64,000 bases of DNA from the human T2T-CHM13v2.0 reference genome, Homo sapiens, in NCBI RefSeq assembly GCF_009914755.1, contig NC_060947.1; one strand, given 5' to 3'. The notes beneath the pieces were generated by a model, which saw nothing but the letters and a program-made list of their open reading frames with translations, was not told the origin of the DNA and did no database searches. This document shows, in pieces, positions 43,021 through 61,549 of the stretch. Each line of letters starts with the position of its first letter. Within the stretch, counting starts at the first letter, position 1. The position numbers were made by a program, and so were the translations under genes.

Positions 43021-46000
43021 AATTTCTGTTTTGTGTGTTTTTAATTTTTTAATTTTTATGGGTATATAATAGGTGTATATATTTATGGGGTACAAGAGAT
43101 ATTTTACACATAGGCATGTGTAGAAAATTGGCTATCCATTCTCTCAAGCATTTGTCCTTTGTGTTGCAAACAATCCAGTTATACTCTTTTAGATATTTTA
43201 AAATATACAATTAAATTATTTTGACTATAGTCACCCTGTTGTGCTATCAAATACGAGGTCTTATTCTTTCTAACTAGTTTTTTTGGTACCCATTAACCAT
43301 CCTCATTTTTCCCTCAACCCCCCACTACCCTTCCCAGCCTCTGGTAACCATCTTCCTATTCTCTGTGTCCATGAGTTCAATTGTTTTGATTTTTAGATCC
43401 CGCAAATAAGTGAGAACATGCGATGTTTGTCTTTCTGTGCCTGGCTTATTTCACTTAACATAATGACCTCCAGTTCCATCCATGTTGTTGCAAATGACAG
43501 GATCTCATTCTTTTTCATGGCTAAATAGTACTCCACTGTGTATAAGTACTACATTTTCTTTTCTTTTTTAAATTAAATTAAATTAAATTTTAACTTTTGG
43601 GATACATGTGCAGGATGTGCAGGTTTGTTACATTGGTAAACAAGTGCCATGGTGGTTTGCTGCACCTATAAACCCATCACCTAGGTATTAAGTCCAGCAT
43701 GCTTTAGCTATTTTTCTTGATGCTCTCCCTTTCTCCATCCCCCTACAGGCCCTGGTGTGTGTTGTTCCCCTCCCTGTGTCCATGCGTTCTCATTTTTCAG
43801 CTCCCACTTATGAATGAGAACATGCAGCTTTTGGTTTTCTGTTCCTGTGTTAGTTTGCTGAGGAAAATGGCTTCCAGCTCCATCCATATCCCACAAAGGA
43901 CATGATCTCATTCCTTTTTATGGCTGCGTAGTATTCTATGGTGTATATGTACCACCATGGTACATTTTTTAAATCCAGTCTATCATTGATGGGCATTTGG
44001 GTTGATTCCATGTCTTTGCTATTGTGAATAGTGCTGCAATGAACATATGTGTGCATGTATCTTTGTAATATTGTAATATCATAAAGATTATAATAGTAGA
44101 CTGATTTATATTCCTTTGGGTATATACCAAAGGAATTTCATTACTGGGTCAAATGGTATTTCTGATTCTAGGTCTTTGAGAAATCACCACGCTGTCTTTC
44201 ACAATGGTTGAACTAATTTACATTCCCACCAACAGTGTAAAAGCATTCTTATTTCTCCACAGCCTCGCCAGTATCTGTGGTTTCTTGACTTTTTAATAAT
44301 CACCATTCTGACTGGTGTGTGATGGTATCTCATTGTGGTTTTGATTTGTATTTCACTAATGATCAGTGATGTTGAGCTTTTTTTCATATGTTTGTTGGAC
44401 CCATAAGTGTCTTCTTTTGAGAAGTGGCTGTTCATATCTTTTGCCCACTTTTGAATGGGGTTGTTTTTTTCTTATAAATTTGTTTAAGTTCCTTGTACAT
44501 TCTGGATATTAGACCTTTGTCAGATGGATAGATTGCAAAAATTTTCTTCCATTCTGTAGGCTGTCTGTTCACTTTGATGATAGTTTCTTTTCCTATGCAG
44601 AAGCTCTTTAGTTTAATTAGATCCCATTTGTCAATTTTTGCTTTTGTTGCAATTGCTTTTGATGTTTTTGTCATGAAATCTTTGCCTCTGTTTATGTCCT
44701 CAATAGTATTGCCTAGATTTTCTTCTAGGGTTTTTATAGTTTGGGGTAGTACTACATTTTCTTTATCCATTCTTCTGTTGATGGACATTTAAGTTGGTTC
44801 CAAATTTTGGCTACTGTGAACAGTGCTGCAACAAACATAGGAATGCTGATATCTTTTTGATATACTGATTTCTTTTCTTTTAGGTATATACCCAGCAGTG
44901 GGATTGCTGGATCATATGGTAGCTCTATTTTTAGTTTTTCCAGGAACATCTAAACTGTTCTCCATAGTGGTTGTACTAGTTTATAATCCCACCAACAGTG
45001 TGCAAAGGTTCCCTTTTCTCCACGTCCTTGCCAGCATTTGTTATTGTCTGTCTTTTGGCTATAAGCCATTTTAACTGGGGTGAGATGATATTTCATTGTA
45101 GTTTTCATTTGCAGTTCTCTGATGACCAATGATGTTGGCACCTTTTCATACGCCTGCTTGCCATTTGTGTCTTCTTTTGAGAAATGCCTATTCAAATCTT
45201 TTGGCATATTTTGGTTGGATTAGTATATTTTTTCCTATAGACTTGTTTGAGCTCCTTATATATTCTGGTTATTAATTCCCTGTCAGATGGGTAGTTTGCA
45301 AATATTTTCCCCCATTCTGTGGGTTGTCTCTTCACTTTGTTGATTGTTTCCTTTGCTGTGCAGAAGCTTAACTTGATGTGATCCCATTTGTCTATTTTTG
45401 CTTTGGGGGTATTACTGTGCTTGTGGGGTATTACTCAAGAAATCTGTGCCCAGACCAATGTCCTGGAGATTTCCCCCCAATATTTTCTTGTAGTAGTTTT
45501 ATAGTTTGAGGTCTTAGATTTAAATATTTAATCTATTTTGATTTGATTTTTGTATATGGCGAGAGACACGGGTCGAGTTTATTCTTCTGCCTATGGATAT
45601 CCAGTTTTCCCAGCACCATTTATTGAAGACTGTCTTTTCTTGGCACCTTTGTCAAAAATTAGTTAGTTGTAGGTGTGTGGATTTGTTTCTGGGTTCTGTA
45701 TGCTGTTCCTTGGGCTATGCATCTGTTTCTATGCCAGTACTATGGTGTTTTGGTTACTATAGCTCTGTAGTATAATTTGAAGTCAGGTAATACGATTCCT
45801 CCAGTTTTGTTCTTTTTGCTTAGGATAGCTTTGGCTATTCTGGGTCTTTTGTGGTTCTATATAAATTTCAGGGTTGTTTTTTCTATTTTTGTTAACAATG
45901 TCATTGGTATTTTGACAGGGATTGCATTAAATCTGTAGATTGCTTTGGGTAGTATGGACATTTTTGCAATGTTTATTCCTCCATTCCATGAACATGGAAT

Positions 46001-49000
46001 ATCTTTACATTTTGTGATGTCCTATTCAATTTCTTTCATCAGTGCTTTATAGTTTTCATTGTTGAGATCTTTCACTTCTTTGATTAAGTTAATTTCTCAA
46101 TATTTAATTTTATTTGTGGCTATGGTGAATGGGATTACTTTCTTCATGTCTTTTTCAGATTGTTCACTGTTGGCATATATAAGTGCTACTGATTTTTGTT
46201 ATTTATTTACTAGTTATTTTGTGGTCTTCTCTTTCTTCTTTCTTTCCTATCTTTCTTTTAATGAAGTTGACTTTCTCTGATGATGTGATTTAATTTCTTG
46301 CTTTTTTTGTATCTGTTGTATGTTTTCTTATTTGAGGTTACCATGAGGCTTGCAAATACTATGTTATAACCCATTATTTTAAAAGATGACAACTTAACAC
46401 TGATTGCATAAACAAAGAAACAAACATGCAAAAAGAAAAGTAATAAAAACTCTACACTTAAGCTTTGTTCCCCTACTTTTTAAACTTTTTGTTGTTTCTC
46501 TTATGTCTTACTGTCCTGTCGATGTCTTGAAAAGTTGTTGTAGTTATTATTTTTGATTGGTTCATTTAGTCTTTCTACTTATTGTAAGAGCAGTTTATGC
46601 ATTACAATTACAGGGTTATAATATTCTATGTTTTTCTGTATGTTTACTATTACCAGTGAGTTTTGTACCTTCAGATGATTTCTTCTTGTTCAATTAACAT
46701 CATTTTCTTTCAGATGAAAGAACTCCCTTTAGCGTTTCTTGTAGGCACAGGTCTGGTGTTGATGAAATTCCTCAGCTTTTGTTTGTCTGGGAAGGTCTTT
46801 ATTTTTCTTTCATAGTTGATGGATATTTTTGCTGCATATACTAGTCTAGGGTAAAAGTTTTTTTCCTTCAGCACTTTAAATATATTATGCCATTCTCTCC
46901 TGGCCTGTAAGGTTTCCACTGAAAAGTCTGCTGCCAGATGTATTGGAGCTCTATTGTATGTTATTTGTTTCTTTTCTCCTGCTGCTTTTAGATCCCTTTT
47001 TTATCCTTGACCTTTGGGAGTTTGATTAGTAAATGCCTTGAGGTAGTGTTCTTTGGGTTAAATTTGCTTGGTGTTTTATAACCTTCTTGTACTTGAATGT
47101 TGATATCTTTCTCTAGGTTTGGGAAGTTCTCTGATATCCCTTTGAATATACTTTCTACCCCATCTCTTTCTCTATCTCCTCCTTAAGGACAGTAACTGTT
47201 AGATTTGCCCTCTCGAAGCTGTTTTCTACATCTCTTAGGTGTGATGCATTCTTTTAATTCTTTTTTCTTTTGGTCGCCTCTGACTGTGTATTTTGAAATA
47301 GGCTATCTTCTATCTTCAAGCTCACTAATTCTTTCTTCTGCTTTATCAATTCTGCTGTTAAGAGACCCTGATGCATTCTTCGGTATATCAGTTGCATTTT
47401 TCAACTCCAGAATTTCTACTTGATTGTTTTTAATTATTTCAATCCCTTTGTTCAATTTATCTGATAGCATTCTGAATTCCTTCTGTGTTATCTTGAATTT
47501 CTGCAAAATAGCTATTTTGAATTCTCTGTCTGAAAGGTCACATATTTCTGTTTCTCCAGGATTGGTCCCTAGCACCTTATTTAGTTCACTTGGTGAGGTC
47601 ATGTTTTCCTTTGTGGTCTTGATGCTTGTTGATGTTTGTCAGTGTCTGGGCATTGAAGAGGTAGATATTTATTGTATTCTTCACAATATGGGCTTATTTG
47701 TGCCCATCCTTCTTGGGAAGGCTTTCCAGGTTTTCAAAGGGACTTGGACCCCAAGCCCAATAACACTGTGGGTTTGTCAGACTCATAGAGGTACCACTTT
47801 GGTGGTCATAGGTAAAATCCAGAATAATTCTGTGGATTACCAGGCAGAGTTACTTGTACTCTTTCCTTACTTTCTCCCAAACAAATGGAGTCTCTCTTTT
47901 TGTGCTGAGCCGCCTGGTACTGGGGGTATGGTGATGTAAGCACCCCTGTGGCCACCACCACTGGGACTGCACTGGGTCTGACCTGAAGCCAACACAGCAC
48001 TGGGTCTTGCCCAAGGCTTGCTGTAACCACTACTTGGCTACCACCTATGTTTACTCAAGGCCCTAGGGCTCTATGATCAACAGGTGGTGAAGCCAGCCAA
48101 GTTTTGTGTTCTTTCCTTCAGGGTGGTGAGCTGCCCCTGGCCCTGGGTGGGTCCAGATATGCTATCTGAGAGCCAAGGATTAGAGTCAATAATATTAGAC
48201 ATTTACTTGATGTTTTCTTCTACTGTGGCTAAGCTGGCACTCAAACCACAATACGAAGTCCTTCCCACTCTTCCCTCCTCCTTCCACAGGCAGAGGAGCC
48301 TCTCCCTGTGGCTACCAACACCATAGCCCACAGGGGTTTCTGCCAGGCCATGCTGATGTGCACCTAAAGTGCAAGGGCCAAGGGCTCTTCATTCAGCTTG
48401 TGGTGAACTCTGGGAGGCCTGAGACTTACTTTCAGGACAGTGGGTTCCCCTCTGGCCCAGGGCAAGATCTGGAAATGCTGTCCAAGAGCCTAGGCCTGGA
48501 TTCTGGGACCCCAAGAGCCTGCTTGTTGCTCTACCCCGCAATGTGGCCGAGCTGCTACCTAAGGGGCAAGACAAAGTCCCCTTTACTTTTCCCTCTGCTT
48601 TTCTCAAGTAGAAGTCTTTCACCATAGCCACCACAACTTGAATATACTGGTTCACACTGGAAGCCAGCATGTCTCAGAGTCTCAGCCAAGGTCCATTGTG
48701 TACTACCTGGGTATTGCTGCTGGTTATTCAGGGCCCAAAGGCTCTCTAGACAGCAGGTGATGAATCCTGCCAGAACTGGGTTCTTCTCTTCAAGGCAGCA
48801 GGTTCCCTTCTGGCCCAAGGTGGGTCTAGAAATGTCATCCGGAAGCTAAGGCCTAGAATGGGGGACTCACAACTCTGCCTGGTGCCCTCTCTTACTGTGG
48901 CAGAGCTGATATCCAAGAGGTAAGACAAAGTCCTCTTTACCCTTTGCTCTCCTCTCCTTAAGCCAAAGGAAGGAGTCATCTTTGTTGCTGTGAGCTGCAC

Positions 49001-49650
49001 TTCCTGGGGTTGGAGGAGAGATGGCACAAGCACTCCTTTAGCTGCCCTGGCTGGTGTTTCTCTAGGTCACAGGCCACCCTAGTCCACTGACACTAAACCC
49101 AGCCTAGCACTGGGAGTTGCCTAGGAGTTGCAGTCCTTGTATCCTAGACTGCCTTTCAAGTCTACCTAGAACCCCAGAACACTTTGACCCACCGCAGTGA
49201 GGCTTGCCAAGAAACTAATGTCTTGACCACTGAGATGAACCATTCCCCTCTGGCTAGGGCTGGCCCAAATGCTCCCTCTGTTCATGGGTGCTGGCTGAGC
49301 CCAGCATGGCTTTGCTCTCTGCTGTGACAAGGTGGCACTGAGTTCAATGTAAAGTCCCCCAGTTGCTGCACTCTCCCTCCCGCAAGTTCACAGATTCTCT
49401 CTTCACACAGCATGACTGCTGCTGGGGGATGGAAGAGAGGTGGTGTCAGAGACTCAAGACTGTCCATCCTACCCTCTTCAATGCCTGTTTCAGCAATATG
49501 AAGTTAAAGCCAGGTACTGTGATTGCTCACCTGATTTTTGGTTCTTGTGAAGGTAATTTTGTGTGCAGATAGTTGTTAAATTTTGGTGTTCCTGTCGTGG
49601 GGAGAGATGAATGGTGGAGGCTTCTATTCTGCCATATTGTTCTACTCTCC
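43021..49650 (-). mobile_element. L1MA2-like LINE retaining its 5'UTR, with a large internal ORF2 deletion and a nested L1PA
   Basis: 3'UTR TTTATGGGTATATAATAGGTGTATATATTTATGGGGTAC; ORF1 pieces ETLQARREWHNIFKVLKEKN and ICDLSDREFKIAIL; 5'UTR GTGGCCACCACCACTGGGACTGC; TSD TAGATGAGTTTTTAA. Confidence 0.92.
43562..44747 (-). mobile_element. L1PA (PA8-PA10-like) 3' fragment nested in L1MA2 3'UTR
   Basis: 17-bp TSD AGTACTACATTTTCTTT at 43545 and 44748. Confidence 0.92.
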
Positions 49651-49661
49651 TAGATTAGATG

Positions 49662-49982
49662 GTTTTTTTTTTTTGTTTGTTTGTTTTTTTAGACAGAGTC
49701 TCGCTCTCTCGCCCAGGCTAGAGTGCAGTGGCATGATCTCAGCTCACTGCAACCTCTGGCAACCTCTGCCTCACGGATTCAATTGATTCTCATGCCTCAG
49801 CCTCCTAAGCAGCTGGGATTACAGGCGCCCACCACCATGCCTGGCTAACTTTTGTATTTTTAGTAGACACAGGGTTTCATCATGTTGGCCAGGCTGGTCT
49901 CGCACTCCTGACCTCAAGTGATCCGATCACCTCGGCCTCCCAAGGTGCTGGGATTACAGGAGTGAGCCACTGTGCCTGGCCC
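49662..49982 (-). mobile_element. AluS
   Basis: Full dimer; sits in the TSD of the L1MA2. Confidence 0.92.
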
Positions 49983-50009
49983 TAGATGAGTTTTTAATTA
50001 GTCTTATTC

Positions 50010-50100
50010 CACCTCCTCCTCCTTCTTTTACTACAAATATGTACTACTTTCCTCCTCCTCCTCCTCGTCCTCCTCCTCCTCCTCCTTCTTCTTCTTCTCC
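50010..50100. repeat. (CCT)n/(CTT)n simple repeat
   Basis: Direct inspection. Confidence 0.9.
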
Positions 50101-50679
50101 TGGACAAAATGGTGAAAATAAAGTTTTCCTTCACTTTGTGAAATCTCGTTCTTTTTCCACTCTATCCAGTATGTCCCCACTTCCAGTCCAATTCTCCACA
50201 TGGTTTCAGATATTCAGCTCCAACTCTTAGGCACATCTGGTTCATAATCCAAGTCACAGATTCATCACCTGTCAGCCATTGTGGTACCTCCAAACTTTGC
50301 CAACTACTCCCAGTACTCATTGCTATTGGCTAAAAGAAGGGGACATAGTTGTGTGAGGCAATCTCCATTCGTGCATGAATAAAACAGAACATGGTTTGTG
50401 CTGATGGAGGAAGGGGGGTCAGTTGTTTTTATCTTTGCATGGGAGAGATTACACTCTGCATTATGATGAAGTGATTCATGTGTCCTAAGTAAAGTGGCGT
50501 GCTTTTAGAGGGACGCGGAATGGCCAACATCTGGCATTCCTGCCAGCAGCCTCCATGGCTATTCCCTTGGAGAACATGACAAGTCTGTTAACAGCATTCT
50601 TTCCAGCTGATCCCTAATGCAACCCCAGAATCTTGACCCAGGAATCCTGGGCACAATGCTTTGTTCTAGCACCTCAAAA

Positions 50680-50990
50680 TATGATCTTAGCATCAGACAG
50701 GAGCTTATTAAAGATGCAAATTCTCAGGCCCCACTCTAAATTTACTGAATCTGAATTTGGCCTCACTTTCAGGAATTCTTGGTCTCTTTACAAGCTGTGG
50801 CAGATAATTACCTAAATATAACCCAATCACCCACTCATTTCACGGAGTGGTTTGTGGTCAGTTTGCATTAAATCATCTGGGATATTTATTACAAAAGTTG
50901 ATTCGTAGGTTCTTCCTGAGAACCTAGGATAATGCCAGGAATCTATATTTTTGACAAATGTCCTGGAGTATTATTCTTAAATGTAAACTG
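50680..50990. mobile_element. MER5-type hAT relic fragments
   Basis: ATGCAAATTCTCAGGCCCCAC..TACTGAATC; CAGGAATCTATATTTTTGACAA. Confidence 0.55.
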
Positions 50991-51076
50991 ATGTGGTGGG
51001 ATTCTAAGTAAACATGGCTGTTTCTCTGGAATGCAATACACTCATTCTAACACACAAGGTAGACAGGGTGGGGTGA

Positions 51077-51440
<364 letters not shown>

Positions 51441-52233
51441 AAGCTCTTGGTCTCTCTGAAGTCAGGCCAAGGCATAAATTATCTAGTGCATGAATGTGGA
51501 AAATACAGGCTGTGGAGTCATACACCATTTACTAGGTGAATGTAATTTTGTTGAGCCATAACTATAACATTATGATAATTATGCCTGGCCTGTCATAGGG
51601 AGTATTCTGGCAAGTTTCTGGTGCATAGTAGGAACTCAAGCTTTTTTGTCTATTGATGTGTACTAGTATTTCCATTTATTCATCATTTTGAATATACAAT
51701 CAATAACACAAATAATTAAATAATAGTTAATATTGAGTGTTAATTATACACCAGGCACTACATGAAGCATTTAATATACATTATCTCATTTATTCTTTAC
51801 AAAAACTCTACCAGGGTGGTATTATTATTCTCTTCATTTGACAGAAAAAGAGAACTGAGATGTGGGGTGCAGCCAAATGCTCCTAAGGTCGCTAAGCCTA
51901 GACTCTTTCAAGCGTATTTGGCACCATGCTAGCTTGGTGAAGGTTGAAATGATGTAAGAGACAAGGTCTTGGAAAAAATCTTTTTATAATCTTGAAGGAA
52001 AGCAAGCCCATGCAAACAAATAACCAAGATGAAGACATACCCAGAACTTCCAAGGGGTACACATGGAACATCATAGACTTTCAGAGGAAGAAGAGGCCAC
52101 TTTCAAGTTCAATGGTCAGGGCAGATTTCATGAAGAAAGTGCTCTTAAATGTAACATTGGAAGATATATAGGGTCCTGGTAGAAAGGGATTGAATGACTT
52201 ACCACATGGAAAGTATAAAGCTCTTAAATAGAG

Positions 52234-55413
<3,180 letters not shown>

Positions 55414-55553
55414 TCTCTAAGTAAGATAAAAAAAAGAAAAAAGCTCTTAAATGGAATCTGGCATAAAGGAAATGCTCAGTATTTTAATGTATCTCTACTA
55501 CTGTAGGTATTATAATGTATCTCTACTATTGCTATTACTATTACCATTTCCCC

Positions 55554-55555
<2 letters not shown>

Positions 55556-55603
<48 letters not shown>
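55556..55603. repeat. (TG)~24 microsatellite
   Basis: Direct inspection. Confidence 0.97.
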
Positions 55604-55604
<1 letters not shown>

Positions 55605-56145
55605 TTTATAATGTTTATAACAGTTTTAATGGTTTATAACAGTTTATAATGTGTATTGTGAAAGCCTCTACAGAAGCCACTTGGTGGATACAAACTCATC
55701 AACCTCATCTCACCCAGAGTTCATTTGTCTCTCCATGAGGTCTTTCTGAGAGACTTCATCAAAGACCACATTACAGATATGAACCCTCCCCTGACATGCC
55801 ACTCTAGTCTTCATCCAAAATGACTGTGAAAATTGTGTGTGATATGGTTTTTTTGTGAACTAATCTACAACATCATGATGTTTAGGTGGCTACTTCCTTC
55901 ACAGCCTCCCTTGGTTTTGGAGTGGGGGTCACATGGCTGCCATGGGTGCTTTTTGATGATCTCATTGCAGGGAATTTCTTCTGAGTCTTGTAGCATCTGT
56001 TCCTCTGTTCATCTTGTCCTCAGATGTTTGGGTCCATCTCCCCTCAAGCCTTACTGAGATATCTCAAATAATCCAGGACATGTGGGCTTCAGAGCCTGCA
56101 AACCTCATTTTAGAGCCTGGAGTCCTCAACTCCTGGTTGTGTGAC

Positions 56146-56512
56146 TATCTTAGTCCATTTTTTTGTTGCTTATAAAAGAATACCTGAAACTGGGTAATTT
56201 ATAAAGAAAAGAAATTTATTTCTTACAGTTCTGGAGCCTAAGTTCAAGGTTGAGGGGGCACATCTGGTGAAGATGGTCTTGCTGGTGGGGACTCTGTCAG
56301 AGTCCCCAGGTGATGCAGGGTATCAAATGGCAATGGGGCTGAGTGTGCTAGTTCAGATCTCTCTTCTTCTTCTTATAGGGCTGCCAGTCCCACTCCCACG
56401 GTAACCCATTACTCTATTAACCCATTAATCCATTCATGACAGCAGAGCCCTCATGACCCAATCACCTCTCAAAGGCCCCACCTCGTGACATTACCACATT
56501 GGAGATTAAACT
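56146..56512 (-). mobile_element. MST solo LTR, truncated
   Basis: TATCTTAGTCCATTT..GAATACCTGAAACTGGGTAATTTATAAAG..CAGAGCCCTCATGACCCAATCACCTC. Confidence 0.82.
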
Positions 56513-56556
56513 TGGTGGTGCGTTGTGACACGGTTTGTCATCTTGGTGATGAGTTG

Positions 56557-56904
56557 TGACACAGTTTGTCTCTATGTCCCCATCCAAATCTCATCTCGAA
56601 TTATGGTCCTCACGTGTTGAGGGAGGGAAGTGATTGGATCATGGAGGCAGTTTCCCCCATGCAGTTCTTGTGATAATGAGAGAATTCTCATGAGATCTGA
56701 TGGTTTTAAAAGTGGCAGTTTTTTTCCTGTGCTCTCACTTCTCCCTCCTGCTACCTTGGGAAGAAGGTGCCCTTCCATCATGATTGTAAGTTTCCTGAGG
56801 CCTCCCCAGCCATGCAGAACTGTGAGTCAATTAAATATCTTTCCTTTATAAATTACCCAGTCTCACGGAACTTCTTTATAGTAGTGTGAAAACGGACTAA
56901 TACA
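56557..56904 (+). mobile_element. THE1 solo LTR
   Basis: TGACACAGTTTG..CCAAATCTCATCTCGAATT...AACGGACTAATACA. Confidence 0.88.
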
Positions 56905-56929
56905 CGTGTAAAGCTCTGGCTCCCAGCCA

Positions 56930-58130
<1,201 letters not shown>

Positions 58131-58742
58131 GTAGGAGAAGAGTAATCAGAATAACCAGAAAACCAGGCCAGTCTTGAGTCTTGAATGCTGTGCTTAAAGG
58201 GCTTGGCTGTTCTTCCCTGGTGGTTGGGGAAGGGGGGTGTCCCGTGAGGAGGAGGGTGAGGGAAGCTCTCTGGGTTCTGTCAGTGAAGAGGTTAAACAGC
58301 TGTTTCTACCATGAGATTACTATTATTCATGTTGCTATTATTCATACATTACTACTATGCGTGTCCAACGTGCATGTTGGAGACATCATGTGTAAGTATG
58401 GGCATGTGGGCACCATTTTTGAAAACCTGGTACTATTACCCAAAGTGGAATAGAGGTTGTTTAAGGGCAGGACCCCCAGGGTCAAAACATGCAGTGGGTG
58501 ATTCATGCTTCCCCCACCAAGCACCTGTGGAATCTGGAGAATTTAATGAACTTCCCTATACCTCAGTATCCTTGTCTTCAAAATGGGATATTAACAGATC
58601 TACCCTCACAGGGTTGTTTATGGATTTAAGGAGTTAGTTAATGTAAAGTGTTTGGATCAGTGACACTCAGTAAACTATTAATGAATATTAGTGATTCTCC
58701 ACTATTAACAACTCTCCATGATGTCCCCCCATGTGTGTATAA

Positions 58743-59490
58743 TGTCACATAGTAAAGAATTTAACCTTATTCAAAGAGAGGTCTGTCCTTTGCCCTCAGA
58801 TTTCAGTTGGTAATCTGTAAGCCCTTGAGCTGTCATGCCTGATAGGAGTGCCTTTATTTGCTTAGGGGCCCTGGACCAGCCAGATTGAAGCAATGTGATT
58901 TAGGGTAGGGGCTTTGAGCCACACCAAAAATGTGATTTAGGATAGGGAACTTGGTCCAGCCAGATGGTAACTATGTGATGTATAGCAGGGACTCTGAGCC
59001 ACACCAACAGTGGTGTGTAGGATAGGGGCTTTGGGTCATGAAGCTTTACCTCCTGAGGGCTGGAAACCGAGATCAGCCATGTGGGCAGTAACAGTCCCTA
59101 CATGATGGAGCCCCAATAAAGACTCTGGACACCAAGGCTTAGGTGAGCTTCCCTGGTTGGCAACACTCCATGCATATTAATGCCAGCAGAGTAATGTTGT
59201 TCTAACTCTGCGGAAGAGGCCAACTGGAAGGTCTGCGTTTGCCCCCTGCCTGGACCCTGCCCTGTTTGTCTCTTCTCTTGGCTTATTTAAATTTTAACCT
59301 GTATCCATTCCTTGTGATGAACTATGTAACTATGTATATAACCGCTTTCAGTGAGTTCTGCAAGTCACTTTAGCAAATTATCAAAACTGAGGGTGGTTTT
59401 GAGAACCCCCTGCATTTACAATTGGTGTCAGTAGTAACGGTGGGTTTGTGTGGACTGTTCTCTCTAAATTTGCGGTTGGCTTTTTGCAAA
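58743..59490 (+). mobile_element. MER21 (B-like) LTR
   Basis: AGTAAAGAATTTAACCTT..CCCCAATAAAGACTCTGGACACCAAGGCT..GTGAGCTTCCCTGGTTGGCAA. Confidence 0.82.
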
Positions 59491-59823
59491 TGTGCAGAGT
59501 GTGGGCTTCCATGTATGCCTGGTCCATTCCTGGCCTGACCCCTCGAGAGGCAAACTGTCCCAACACATCCTCCTCAGGGTACCTGTACCCTCTTCAGTTT
59601 CCTCTGTCACTGAGGCTGATGAGGAGACAAGGCCACCACATCAGCATCCCAGGTATACCATTTTCTAGGGGCTACAAGACTGGGTGTTTCTGACCTAAAT
59701 GGGAACCTGGGAGGGAAGAAGATGTGCATATCCCTTCTTTCTCCCCCAGACCTTTGTGGTGAATGCCCTGTCCTCACACTGCAGCCTCACACTGGGGCCA
59801 CAGAGATAGACAGATGGGGCCTA

Positions 59824-61268
<1,445 letters not shown>

Positions 61269-61549
61269 AGACAGATGGGGCCTACTCCAAGGGGAATGAG
61301 GTTCCCCTCCCAGGGGAAAGAAAAACATATCGATGCATAGCAATGACAATAGTCATAATATTACACATTAATAAAACATGTCAATCCTCTCATTCTTGTG
61401 CACACAGCTCTGTGCACACGTGGGTTTTTTTAGGACACATTCTTAGAACTGTCATTGCTGCATCAAGGGAGTTATTCATTCAACAAACACCTAATGAGTG
61501 CCTGTTTTCTGCTGGGCACTGTTCTAGGAAGTTGGGAGATGTCATGGGC

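Noticed and set aside
48040-48970. ~330-bp recurring blocks
   Set aside because: Within the L1MA2-type 5'UTR, where tandem blocks are expected
58890-59040. Four short tandem units ATGTGATTTAGG..GGGGCTTTG
   Set aside because: Internal to the MER21 LTR; I recall this as a family feature
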